Origin: Vicinamibacterales bacterium
GTDB lineage: Bacteria; Acidobacteriota; Vicinamibacteria; Vicinamibacterales; UBA2999
Assembly (NCBI GenBank): GCA_050250875.1
Contig: JBFWNV010000002.1
Coordinates: forward strand, 334 to 64,333
Reading direction: 5' to 3'
DNA length: 64,000 nucleotides
Of this stretch, positions 1 through 10,722 are shown one piece after another (the first letter of the stretch is position 1; each line of letters opens with the position of its first letter). The notes under the pieces are model-generated. The model was not told where the DNA came from and did not search any database. It saw nothing but the letters and a program-made list of their open reading frames with translations. Position numbers and translations under genes: made by a program.

Positions 1-154
1 GAGTTGCCGTGCTGGAAGCACGAAGGATGGCGCCGCCCTGCCGCGTCCCTGTGTGCGTCTCAAGGCTTAGCCCTCGTCTTGGCCGTCACGTACAAAACAC
101 GTACGTGTATTCAGCAGCTTCGAGCCATCGCATTTATTTTGAGAGACTTAGGAT

Positions 155-245
155 TGGCGGAGAGGGTGGGATTCGAACCCACGTGCCGGTTACCCGACAA
201 GACGCTTTCGAGGCGCCCCCGTTACGACCACTTCGGTACCTCTCC
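155..245 (-). tRNA. tRNA-Ser (anticodon CGA), 91 nt with long variable arm, CCA encoded
   Basis: Reverse complement reads GGAGAGG..CCTCTCC-G-CCA with a 7-bp acceptor stem. Anticodon stem GGCGC/GCGTC encloses loop CTCGAAA. T arm is GTGGG-TTCGAAT-CCCAC. Confidence 0.9.
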
Positions 246-282
246 GCTAGGTGGGACCGCGTCCGGTTGCCCGGAACCATCG

Positions 283-311
283 ATTATACCCGCGCCGGCG
301 GGTCGTACAAA
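283..311 (-). promoter_or_regulatory. Candidate sigma70-type promoter for tRNA-Ser (-35 TTTGTA, 17-nt spacer, -10 TATAAT)
   Basis: The minus strand reads TTTGTA-N17-TATAAT, ending about 37 nt upstream of the mature tRNA 5' end. The -10 hexamer is perfect, which is rare in this GC-rich DNA. Confidence 0.35.
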
Positions 312-316
312 GCAAC

Positions 317-347
317 GGGGAACCCGTCCGGACGAGGCGGGTTCCCC
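317..347 (-). terminator. Hairpin downstream of the ScyD-like gene (10-bp perfect stem GGGGAACCCG/CGGGTTCCCC, 11-nt loop)
   Basis: Perfect inverted repeat 317-326/338-347, about 30 nt after the stop at 378. On the minus strand it is followed by GTTGCTTTGT. Confidence 0.5.
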
Positions 348-377
348 AGTGGTGGGCGTCGAGGATACGCCCGGAGC

Positions 378-1472
378 CTACTGCGTGATCCGCCACACCT
401 CGCCGCTGCCGGCCGAGGTGCTGTTCACCGTCACGTAGACCGAGTTGTCGGGGCCGATGGTGATCTTGCCCGGTGCCACGAGCAGGCCGGCCGCCAGCTC
501 CGTGCGGAAGCCGAACGGGCCGATCTTCGTCAGCCGGCCGACGTTGCCGGGGACGAGCAGGCTGTTGGCGTCGTGCTCGAGCACGTAGGCGACGCCGTCG
601 GGGCCGATGGCGATGTCGATGATGTTGGTGAAGCCATCGGCCACCACGGTGGGCGTGCCGCCACCTGCGGCCACCCGGAACACCTGCGCTCCGCCGGTCG
701 GGAACGGGAAGCCGGTGAGCTGGCCGACGTAGAGGCTGCCATCGGGACCCTCGGCGATCGCGGTGGGAACCGCTTCCATGTCCACGGTGCCCATCCCACC
801 CGGTCCCGGCACCGTGCGGTTGGCGAACACCGCCAGCGTCGAGAGCGTGAGGCTGCCGTCGATCTGCAGCAGCGAGTTGCCGCCGGCGTCGGCGATCACG
901 GCGCGCGTGGCCAGTACCTCGAGGCCGTAGGCGTTGGTGTCGATCGGTCCGCCGGCCGGGTTGTTGGCCGACTCGTAGGCGCCGAAGTCCGCGATCGGCG
1001 TGATCTGGCCGGTGTAGCTGATCATCAGCAGCGACGCCAGGTTGATGCCGGCGGCCCTGAACGGCGCCAGCAGGGCCGGATCGCCGCCCGAGCCGACGGT
1101 GACGAACGCCCGCCCGAATCCGAACGCGATGTCGTGCGGTCCGGTGGCCTCGGCGCCGGTCGGCCCCGCCACCGACGGCAGGCCAGGAAGGATGCGGCCG
1201 TGGACGCCGGGCGCGGTGATGCGGGTAATGGCGCCAGTGGCGCCGTAGCAGCGATTGCCGGGCGGCCCCGGAGGATTGGGCAGGCACAACGTGCTGGTGC
1301 CGCCGCGGCCGGCCTCGGCGACGTACAGCGCGCCGTCGGGGCCGAACGCCAGGCCGCGCGGGTTGTCGAGTCCGGTGGCCATCACCGTGGGCGGCTGGGC
1401 GCGTGAAGTGGTCGCGAGGCCGAGAATCATCGCCGCCGTCAGAACCAGGGTCGAGGCGTGCTTCGCGTTCAC
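378..1472 (-). CDS. Secreted beta-propeller protein, ScyD/ScyE (NHL-repeat-like) family
   Basis: ORF 378..1547. A GTG at 1472 gives the signal peptide (V)NAKHASTLVLTAAMILGLATTSRAQ. Blade motifs recur: GLAFGPDGALYV, GPDGSLYVGQ, GPDGVAYVLE, GPDNSVYVT. Confidence 0.7.
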   Translation of the reverse strand: MNAKHASTLVLTAAMILGLATTSRAQPPTVMATGLDNPRGLAFGPDGALYVAEAGRGGTSTLCLPNPPGPPGNRCYGATGAITRITAPGVHGRILPGLPSVAGPTGAEATGPHDIAFGFGRAFVTVGSGGDPALLAPFRAAGINLASLLMISYTGQITPIADFGAYESANNPAGGPIDTNAYGLEVLATRAVIADAGGNSLLQIDGSLTLSTLAVFANRTVPGPGGMGTVDMEAVPTAIAEGPDGSLYVGQLTGFPFPTGGAQVFRVAAGGGTPTVVADGFTNIIDIAIGPDGVAYVLEHDANSLLVPGNVGRLTKIGPFGFRTELAAGLLVAPGKITIGPDNSVYVTVNSTSAGSGEVWRITQ

Positions 1473-1657
1473 GTGGGTCTCACAGTCTGCCGGCGGGCCG
1501 CCGGCTGCCGCGGCTGTCCCGTGCACGGGATCTGCCACGCGGAACATAACGCCGGACGTGTCTGGATCGAACTACGAATGTGGGCGCTGGGTGGCCGCGT
1601 GCCCAGAGTCTCGCCGCTGCACCACACCCTGAGGCGCGGCGCACCCAGCGCCGGCGC

Positions 1658-3637
<1,980 letters not shown>

Positions 3638-3683
3638 TTATCGCAGCCGACCCATCGGTGGGTCGCTGCACGGCGACCGCCCC

Positions 3684-6600
3684 CTACGGCACCACGACCA
3701 CCACTTCGTTGCTGACCGGCCCCACGCCGCCCGCGCCGACGGCGCGCACGCGCACGTAGTAGATTCCCGGCGGCACGCCGGGCACGACGAACGCGGTGTC
3801 GCCGAGCGTCACGACGGCGATGTTCGACAGGCTCGTGGCGCTGCCGGCTTCGAGCCGGTACTGGAAGGGACCGGTGCCGAAGGAGGGCGCGCCCCAGGTG
3901 AAGCTCACGGTCGACCCGCTCACCGTATGCTCGAGCCCGAACGGCGCCGTCGGCGGCACTACCGGCGAACCGACGACCGCCACCGCCTCGGCCGAGGGGA
4001 CACCGAGCCCGCAGGCGTTCACCGCGGCGACGCGCACGAAGTAGGCGCCCGGCGGCGCTGCGGCACTGAACGTCGTCGTCGGGCCGACGGCGAACGTGCC
4101 CACCTGCGAGCCGCCGCTGGTGACGCCTGCCGTCAGGCGGTAGCCGGTCACGATCGAGGCCGCGGCCGCGCGCCACGTGAGCTGCACGACGCCGTTGGCG
4201 ACCGTCGCCCGCAGGTCGAGAGGCGCCGATGGCGGCCCGCTGCACCCGGCCTGGCCGACGACGAAGGCCTGATCCGCCGTAGCGGCGCCGACGCCGAACG
4301 TGTTCGCCGAGCGCAGCCGGAAGTAGTAAGTGCCTGGCCCGAGACCGCTGGCGCCGAACGACGTCGACGCGGTGCCGGTGTTGAAACTGGCGAGGTTGCT
4401 CAGGCCCGGCCCGGTGCCGGCTTCGATCACGTAGCTCGACGGCCGGGCGCCCAGTGGCGGCGCCCCCCAAGCGAGGTCGAGCCGCGTGCCTCGCACCAGC
4501 GCGTGCGGGGTGGTCGGCGCCGGCGCGGTGCCGCCGAGACCGGCCTCGGGATACAGCACCGCCCCGATCGACACGCCGTCGAGATCGTTCAGGAGGCCGC
4601 CAAACAGCACGGCACTGTCCGAGGTGTCGATCACCGACACTGCCCCGCCGCTCACGTCGACCGGCTTCCAGGGGCGAAGCGCGCCGCCCGACGCAAGCGC
4701 ATCGACCATGGCGATGCCGGGCCGCGACGACCCGCCCACCGAGCCGAATCCGCCGGCCAGGTAGACGTCGTCGCCGAAGGCATCGAGGTCGTACACCGGG
4801 CCGCCGACGTTCGGGTTCCATCCCTGCAGGGTCCCGTGGTCGATGGTGCCGGGCGCGCCCTTCACGGCGGCGGCGTTCTGCCGCGAGGAGCCGCTCACCA
4901 TCGCGAAGTCGCCGCCGAAGAACACGAGGTCGCCTAGTACGTCCACGCGGTACACCGGCCCGCTGACCGTGGGCGTGAACGCCGCGTCGGGCGCACCCGT
5001 CGTCGCGTCCACCGCGCCGAGGCGCACGTGCGCCTGCCCGCCCAGCGTCGCGAACAGGCCGCCGAGATACACCCGCGCCCCCGACACCGCCAGCGCCTCG
5101 ATGTCGTCGTCGGCGTCGGGATTCCAGGCTCGCACCACGTCATCCACGCCGACGGCGGCGCCACGGCCACGCGAACTGCTGCCCTTCACCGACGAGAAGG
5201 CGCCGACGAAATAGACCACATCGCCCACGACGGCCAGACCGTAGACCGGGCCGTTGGGTTCTGCGGTCCAGGCGCGAGGTTCGCCGGTGACGGCGTCGAG
5301 CGCTGCGATGCGGCGTCGGCTCACGCCGGCGATCGACAGAAAGTCCCCGCCGATGTACACCGTGTTTCCGACCACGTCTAGCGCCCGCACCCAGCCGTCG
5401 GTGCCGGGGTTCCAGGGCAGCAGACCGCCGCCCCGCAGGTCGATGGCGGCGAGGTTCTCGCGGAGCACGGCGCCGAAGTGGGTGAACGACCCGCCGGCGA
5501 ACACATGGCCGGCAGCGTCGACGTGCACCATGTCCACGCTGCTGCTGAGCGCCGGGTTCCACGGCAGCGTGACTCCGGTGGTGCTCGTGGTGTCGAGCGC
5601 CGCCAGGCGCAGCCGTTCGAGCCCGCCAATCGTCTTGAAATGGCCGCCGACGACCAGCGCGGCGCCGAACACGCCCAGCTGCTCGACCTCGCCGTCCGCC
5701 CCGGGATTCCACGCCGCCGCCGCGCCGCTCGTGGGGTCGAGACGGGCGATCCGCGACCGGCTGGCGCCGCCGATCTGCGCGAACCTGCCGCCGGCATAGA
5801 GTGCACCGCCCGCCACGACGATCGCGTTGACGTCGTCGCCGGCCGCGGCGTCGAAGGCCATGTCAGCCGCGCCGGTGGTTGCGTCGAGACGCGCCAGGTG
5901 CGGCCGCGTGAGGCCTCCGATCTGCGAGAACTCGCCGCCGACGTACAGCGCGGCGCCCGACAACGCCAGCGTCGCGACGCGACCGTCGGCGGTTCCGGTG
6001 AACGCCCCGATGGTCGCTCCGGTCACGGCATCGACGGCGGCAAGGTTCGTCTTCGGGTCGCCATTGACGGTCGTAAACGCGCCTCCGGCGTAGACCGCCG
6101 ACGCCGTGACCACGACCGCAGACACCGAGGCCGCACCGCCGGTGACGCTGGGTACGAAGCCGGCGTCGAGCGTGAGCGCGGTCGCGTCGAGCGCCGCCAG
6201 GCCGTTGCGGGTGCTGCCGCCGAGGCTGGCGAACTCGCCCGCAACGTAGACGCGCGTGCCCTGGACGGCGAGCGCCCACACGGTGTCGTCGGCCGCCAGC
6301 GTGAAGGCGGGGTCGAGCGAGCCGTCGGCCAGCAGCCGCGCCAGCTTGCCGCGCGAGCTGCCGTTGACCTGGCTGAACTCGCCGCCGATCAGCCACCCGC
6401 CGCCCGGCAGCGCGACCACCGCACGCACGCGGCCGTTCACGTCGAGCCGCGGCAGCACCGGCACCGCCGAATCGACCGCGAACGTCGCCACGCCGTGGAC
6501 GAGGTTGGCCGCCGGCGCGACCGATCCGAACGACCCGCCCAGGAAGGCGACGTCGCCGGCTCGGGCCACTTCACTGACGATGCCGTTCACGGCCCAGCCG

Positions 6601-6695
6601 AGCGTGGACGACGTGACCGGGTCGGCAGTTGCCGGCGCCGACGTGCACAGAATCGCGAGCAATGTCAGCGCTGCAGGAGTCAGACGGGTGACCAT
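3684..6695 (-). CDS. Large secreted repeat protein: about 14 beta-propeller-type repeats (delta-60/DUF5122-like) followed by three fibronectin type III domains
   Basis: ATG 6695 gives the signal peptide MVTRLTPAALTLLAILCTSAPATA. Repeats of 45-50 aa follow the pattern V.ALAV.G..VYVGG.F...GG..R..LAALD..TG....W.P. Three C-terminal FN3 units each end in YYFRLRS / YFVRVAA / YYVRVRA. Confidence 0.75.
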   Translation of the reverse strand: MVTRLTPAALTLLAILCTSAPATADPVTSSTLGWAVNGIVSEVARAGDVAFLGGSFGSVAPAANLVHGVATFAVDSAVPVLPRLDVNGRVRAVVALPGGGWLIGGEFSQVNGSSRGKLARLLADGSLDPAFTLAADDTVWALAVQGTRVYVAGEFASLGGSTRNGLAALDATALTLDAGFVPSVTGGAASVSAVVVTASAVYAGGAFTTVNGDPKTNLAAVDAVTGATIGAFTGTADGRVATLALSGAALYVGGEFSQIGGLTRPHLARLDATTGAADMAFDAAAGDDVNAIVVAGGALYAGGRFAQIGGASRSRIARLDPTSGAAAAWNPGADGEVEQLGVFGAALVVGGHFKTIGGLERLRLAALDTTSTTGVTLPWNPALSSSVDMVHVDAAGHVFAGGSFTHFGAVLRENLAAIDLRGGGLLPWNPGTDGWVRALDVVGNTVYIGGDFLSIAGVSRRRIAALDAVTGEPRAWTAEPNGPVYGLAVVGDVVYFVGAFSSVKGSSSRGRGAAVGVDDVVRAWNPDADDDIEALAVSGARVYLGGLFATLGGQAHVRLGAVDATTGAPDAAFTPTVSGPVYRVDVLGDLVFFGGDFAMVSGSSRQNAAAVKGAPGTIDHGTLQGWNPNVGGPVYDLDAFGDDVYLAGGFGSVGGSSRPGIAMVDALASGGALRPWKPVDVSGGAVSVIDTSDSAVLFGGLLNDLDGVSIGAVLYPEAGLGGTAPAPTTPHALVRGTRLDLAWGAPPLGARPSSYVIEAGTGPGLSNLASFNTGTASTSFGASGLGPGTYYFRLRSANTFGVGAATADQAFVVGQAGCSGPPSAPLDLRATVANGVVQLTWRAAAASIVTGYRLTAGVTSGGSQVGTFAVGPTTTFSAAAPPGAYFVRVAAVNACGLGVPSAEAVAVVGSPVVPPTAPFGLEHTVSGSTVSFTWGAPSFGTGPFQYRLEAGSATSLSNIAVVTLGDTAFVVPGVPPGIYYVRVRAVGAGGVGPVSNEVVVVVP

Positions 6696-6787
6696 GCGGC
6701 GCCATCGAGCAAAGTCTGCGCCGGCGGCCCTGGCTGCCATTTCTTCAGGAATCCAGCCGATCTTTGGCCGACCCAACCACGAATCCG

Positions 6788-7957
6788 TCAGCTGCCCGGC
6801 GAGTTCGGCGTGGCGGCGCCCCCACGCCGTCGGAACGGGTAGAGCAGCTGGCGCCACCAGCCCTCGGGCACGTCGCGGTGCTCGATGCCGTAGCGCTCGG
6901 GCCAGGCATCACCGGGCAGGTGCTGCGTGCCGAACAAGCGATCGAGCAGCGGCAGGTGCACCGCGAAGTTCTTGTCGATCGGCGATTCGGCGTGGTGCCA
7001 GTGGTGGCCGCGCGGCGTCGTCAGCACGTGGTCGAGCAGACCGAAGCGGAAGCGGACGTTGGCGTGGATGAAGACGGCGTGGAACGACACGAACACGAGA
7101 TAGGCGTAGAGGGCGGGCCGGGCGAAGCCGAGGAGCACGATCGGCACCAGCACGAGACCGCGCGTGGCGAGCACGTCGAGCACGTGGAGCCGCGAGCCGG
7201 CCAGCCAGTCCATCGCCTCGCTGGAGTGGTGGACGGCGTGCAGACGCCACAGCGCCGGCACCGTGTGGAAGGCGCGATGGATCCAGTACTGCGACAGGTC
7301 GCTCAGCACGACGATGGCCAGGAACTGGATCCAGAGCGGCGTGGCGGCGACCGCCTGTTGCAGTGACGCGGGCTGCCAGACGGCCGCCAGCGCCGTCGAC
7401 GGCAGCAGCGTGAGGAACGACAGCGTCTGCACCGCCAGGTGGCTGACCAGGAAGTGCATGCCGTCGGTGGCCCAGCCGAAGCGGAACGTGGTCTGCTCCG
7501 CGTGCAGCGGGAACGCGCGCTCGAGCGGCACGAACACCAGCGCCGTGAGCAGCACGTTGAGGACGAACCAGTCCACGCCAAGGGTCAGGCGCGCTTCTGG
7601 ACCCTCGCCGAGCGGCACCTCGCCGCCGCCGGCGAGCGTCGCGAGGCCCGCCAGGGCCAAACCGGTCAGTCCCAGTACCTTGCGCCGGCGGAGCATCAGC
7701 GACGTGGCGGCGAGCAGGAAGGCCACGCCGATCACGGCTTCGAGTACGGCACGCAGCACCGGCACGGGATAGCGGCCGCGGAACTCCGCCGTGGTCAGCA
7801 GGGTGGGATAGCTGAAGGCCAGCACGCCGAGCACGGCCAGCGCGCCCAGGAACACGCTGGCGGTGCCGGCCATCCAGCCGGTGCCGAACGTGGCGGGGTC
7901 GTCGTCGCCGAAGGCGCGACGCATCTGGCGTTCGAGGGACGACGGGGTAGTCGGCAT
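6788..7957 (-). CDS. Fatty acid hydroxylase / sterol desaturase family membrane protein
   Basis: Histidine boxes HRAFH, HAVHH and HHWHH, with an N-terminal multi-TM region. Confidence 0.8.
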   Translation of the reverse strand: MPTTPSSLERQMRRAFGDDDPATFGTGWMAGTASVFLGALAVLGVLAFSYPTLLTTAEFRGRYPVPVLRAVLEAVIGVAFLLAATSLMLRRRKVLGLTGLALAGLATLAGGGEVPLGEGPEARLTLGVDWFVLNVLLTALVFVPLERAFPLHAEQTTFRFGWATDGMHFLVSHLAVQTLSFLTLLPSTALAAVWQPASLQQAVAATPLWIQFLAIVVLSDLSQYWIHRAFHTVPALWRLHAVHHSSEAMDWLAGSRLHVLDVLATRGLVLVPIVLLGFARPALYAYLVFVSFHAVFIHANVRFRFGLLDHVLTTPRGHHWHHAESPIDKNFAVHLPLLDRLFGTQHLPGDAWPERYGIEHRDVPEGWWRQLLYPFRRRGGAATPNSPGS

Positions 7958-7964
7958 CCGGCTG

Positions 7965-7973
7965 TGCTAGACT
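7965..7973 (+). promoter_or_regulatory. Candidate extended -10 element TGcTAGACT upstream of tRNA-Arg
   Basis: TGCTAGACT ends 18 nt before the tRNA 5' end. The same 9-mer occurs at 27783, and TGCTAGTAT lies upstream of nadA. Confidence 0.3.
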
Positions 7974-7991
7974 TGAAGTTTCTCAGCCCTC

Positions 7992-8068
7992 GCGCCCTTA
8001 GCTCAGTTGGATAGAGCGTCTGGCTACGAACCAGGAGGTCGCACGTTCGAGTCGTGCAGGGCGCGCCA
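7992..8068 (+). tRNA. tRNA-Arg (anticodon ACG), 77 nt, CCA encoded
   Basis: Acceptor stem GCGCCCT/AGGGCGC, D arm GCTC-AGTTGGATA-GAGC, anticodon loop CTACGAA, T arm GCACG-TTCGAGT-CGTGC. Confidence 0.9.
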
Positions 8069-8206
8069 ATTCTCCTTCGGAAAATTGATCACGCCCTGCA
8101 AGCTCTAGCTCAAGCCCCACGGCACCTCCGGTGCCGCGGGAGCATGTACGAGTCGTGGCCCCGCCGCGCCAATTCTCCTTCGGAGAATTGATCACGCCCT
8201 GCAAGC
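8062..8206 (+). repeat. Direct repeat of 2 x 42 bp (41/42 identical, period 103 bp) starting inside the tRNA-Arg 3' end; each copy holds a UUCG-tetraloop hairpin
   Basis: Copy 8062-8103 matches copy 8165-8206 (CGCGCCAATTCTCCTTCGGA[A/G]AATTGATCACGCCCTGCAAGC). Copy 2 is preceded by a degenerate T-arm fragment: CGAGTCGTG is shared at 8047-8055 and 8149-8157. Confidence 0.85.
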
Positions 8207-8231
8207 ATTCCCCTGACTGTGTTTCGACGGA

Positions 8232-10157
8232 TCAGCGCGCCTGCGTTACGGCGGCCGGACGCTGCTGACCGAAGCCGACCGGCCACTGCTCCGACAGCGC
8301 CACCGGCAGCCGCCCTCGAACCGGGATCTCTCCGGCCAGCGCCCGTACCGCCGCCGCTTCGGCGTGATCGCCGAAGTCGTAGGTGAGCAGCACTGTCGGC
8401 AGCGTCGGCGCGGCCACGGCGGCGTAGGGGCTGCCGAAGAAGGCGGCGGCGAGAGGCTGATTGCGGCGCGCGGCGCCGGTGGCCAGATCGCCGAGCAGCC
8501 GGGTGATGCCGGGCGACAGGTCCAGGCGTCCGCTGCCCGAAGCCGCCCGGACGAACACGCCGACGACGACGGCGTCGTGGCCGGCCGCCATCGCACGGAC
8601 CAGTTCGAGCTCCTCGGCGGAGGACCGATCCGACAGCTCCACGGCGGTGACCGACGGCCACCGCGCCCGCAACTCCGGAATGACGGTGCGGCTCGGCGCG
8701 GCGATGCGCCAGTTCGACGGGTAGTCGAGCACCGACAGATACAGCAGCCGCCCGGTGCGCGGCGTGGGCAGTGGCACGCTGCCGCGATCGTCGCGCACCA
8801 GGGTCACGGCGGCGTCGGCCACGGCGCGCGCGGCCTCGGCGCCGGCCTTCGTGCCGACCGCAGTCATCACCTGCTCCAGGTTCACGGTGCGCGCCAGGTG
8901 CAGGCCGAGGCGGGCCTTGTGCGCCAGCACGCGACGCGCCGACGCCTCGAGGCGGGCGCGGGTGAGGCGTCCACTCGCCACCGCGGCGTTGAGCGCCGAG
9001 AACGCCGCCCGCGGGTCGGCGGAGTCGAGCACCACGTCGGCGCCGGCCTCGATCGCCCGCACCGCCGCTTCGCCCGGCTCGACCATCGCGTTCACGGCGT
9101 CCATCCGCATCGAGTCGGTGTAGATCACGCCGTCGAAACCGAGTTCCCGGCGCAGCAGGCCGGAGACGATCGGCGCGCTGAAGGTGGCCGGTCCCGGCGT
9201 GGGGTCGAGGGCCGGCATCTCGACGTGCGCGACCATGGCCGCGCCGGCGCCGGCGGCGATGCCGTCGCGAAACGGCGCCAGTTCCACGCGGTCGAGGCGC
9301 GCGCGATCGTGCGGCACGGTGGCCAGGCCGAGGTGCGTGTCCACGGCCGTGTCGCCGTGTCCCGGAAAATGCTTGAGCGTGGCGACGACGCCGCCCTCCT
9401 GCAACCCGGCCACCGCCTCGCGCACCAGCTGGCCGACGCGAGCGGGATCCTCGCCGAACGAGCGGATGTTGATCACCGGGTTGCGCGGGTTGTTGTTCAC
9501 GTCGGCGACCGGCGCGAAATTGACGTGCACGCCGATGGCCCGCGCCTCGACGCCGGCAAGGCGTGACGCCTCGTGCACCAGCGCTGGATCACCGACGGCG
9601 CCGAACGCCATCGATCGCGGGAACCGCGTGGCGCCGCTGATGCGCATGCCGACGCCGTGTTCGAAGTCGGCGCCGACCAGCAAGGGCACCTTCGCCAGCC
9701 CCTGGAGCCGGTTGAGGATCGCAGCCAGCTCGAGCGGCTGGCCGAGAATCGTCGGGCCATAGGTGGGATTCAGCATCACCTGCGGCACCAGCTCGACGCC
9801 GCCGAAGGCGCAGAACCCGCCCATGTGCACGTCGCGCACCAGTGCGGCGAGCGCCTCGAACTCGGCCGAGTCGGCGCTGAGGTAGGTCGAGTTGAGGCGG
9901 CCCATCAGCAGCTGGCCGACCAGTTCCGGGGTGGACAGCGACTTGAGCGTGGCGTCGACCCAGCGCGCATCCGCGGGAAGCAGCGTGGGCGACAGCCCGC
10001 CGGGTGGCCGCGGCGGAGGCGGCATCGCACGCGCGGGCTGTCGAGCGCGCGGCCGCGGTGCCTGCGCGACGAGCACCCCCGGTGGCAGGTGCGCCACGCC
10101 AAGGACGCCGAGGGCGAACACCACGAGCGCGCGACGCACGCCAGCATGATATGGCAC
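8232..10157 (-). CDS. Glycoside hydrolase family 3 protein (beta-N-acetylhexosaminidase/NagZ-like, secreted)
   Basis: GH3 catalytic region with motifs KHFPGHGDTAVDTH and FAPVADVNNNPRNPVINIRSFGEDP. The N-terminus looks like a signal peptide. The start is uncertain (alternative GTG at 10139). Confidence 0.85.
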   Translation of the reverse strand: MPYHAGVRRALVVFALGVLGVAHLPPGVLVAQAPRPRARQPARAMPPPPRPPGGLSPTLLPADARWVDATLKSLSTPELVGQLLMGRLNSTYLSADSAEFEALAALVRDVHMGGFCAFGGVELVPQVMLNPTYGPTILGQPLELAAILNRLQGLAKVPLLVGADFEHGVGMRISGATRFPRSMAFGAVGDPALVHEASRLAGVEARAIGVHVNFAPVADVNNNPRNPVINIRSFGEDPARVGQLVREAVAGLQEGGVVATLKHFPGHGDTAVDTHLGLATVPHDRARLDRVELAPFRDGIAAGAGAAMVAHVEMPALDPTPGPATFSAPIVSGLLRRELGFDGVIYTDSMRMDAVNAMVEPGEAAVRAIEAGADVVLDSADPRAAFSALNAAVASGRLTRARLEASARRVLAHKARLGLHLARTVNLEQVMTAVGTKAGAEAARAVADAAVTLVRDDRGSVPLPTPRTGRLLYLSVLDYPSNWRIAAPSRTVIPELRARWPSVTAVELSDRSSAEELELVRAMAAGHDAVVVGVFVRAASGSGRLDLSPGITRLLGDLATGAARRNQPLAAAFFGSPYAAVAAPTLPTVLLTYDFGDHAEAAAVRALAGEIPVRGRLPVALSEQWPVGFGQQRPAAVTQAR

Positions 10158-10720
10158 CGGGCGACTTCCTGTTCCCTGTTGCCGAGCCCGGCCCCGAATC
10201 CCTGTTCTATGATGCCCTCGTGACGCAGGACGCCCACAAGAGCGAAGGCCCGCGCGCCGTCCGCGTGGCCGTGCTGACCATCAGCGACACCCGCACCGAG
10301 GCCACCGACACCAGCGGACGCGCCATCGTCGAGCTGCTGCAGGACCAGAGCCACGCGGTGGTCGCCCGCGCCCTCGTGCGCGACGACCCCGACGCCGTGA
10401 TCGAGTTCGTGCGCGGCCACCTGACCGGCGAGGTGCAGGTGGTCATCACGACCGGCGGCACCGGCATCACGTCGCGGGACTCGACGTTCGAGGCCATCGA
10501 CGCGCTGCTCGAGAAGCGGCTCGACGGGTTCGGCGAGCTGTTCCGGATGCTCAGCTACGACGACATCGGCCCGGCCGCGATGATGAGCCGTGCCTGCGCC
10601 GGCCTCGTGCACCGCCGCGTCGTGATCGCGCTGCCGGGGTCCGAGGGCGCTGTGCGGCTGGCGATGACCAAGCTGGTGCTGCCCGAGCTGACGCATCTCG
10701 TGCAGCAGGCGTCGAAGTAG
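10151..10720 (+). CDS. moaB: Molybdenum cofactor biosynthesis protein B (MoaB/MogA family)
   Basis: Motifs VAVLTISDTR..DTSG and ITTGGTGITSRD. The start is ambiguous: ATG 10151 overlaps the divergent GH3 start, and GTG 10220 is the alternative. Confidence 0.8.
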   Translation: MAPGDFLFPVAEPGPESLFYDALVTQDAHKSEGPRAVRVAVLTISDTRTEATDTSGRAIVELLQDQSHAVVARALVRDDPDAVIEFVRGHLTGEVQVVITTGGTGITSRDSTFEAIDALLEKRLDGFGELFRMLSYDDIGPAAMMSRACAGLVHRRVVIALPGSEGAVRLAMTKLVLPELTHLVQQASK

Positions 10721-10722
10721 CG

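Noticed and set aside
155-245. Long-arm tRNA considered as tRNA-Sec, given the TGA-containing Grx gene
   Set aside because: The anticodon is CGA, not UCA, and the acceptor stem is the normal 7 bp. It is tRNA-Ser.
9-1406. Long overlapping ORFs at the left edge (4..438, 9..1406 on plus; 247..1287 on minus)
   Set aside because: They overlap the tRNA-Ser and the well-supported ScyD-like gene. Their composition is typical of out-of-frame translation in high-GC DNA.
10004-10157. Upstream extension of the MoaB ORF and a head-to-head overlap of the moaB and GH3 coding starts
   Set aside because: Most likely a start-codon assignment issue. GTG 10220 for moaB or GTG 10139 for GH3 would remove the overlap. 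This is not a biological oddity.
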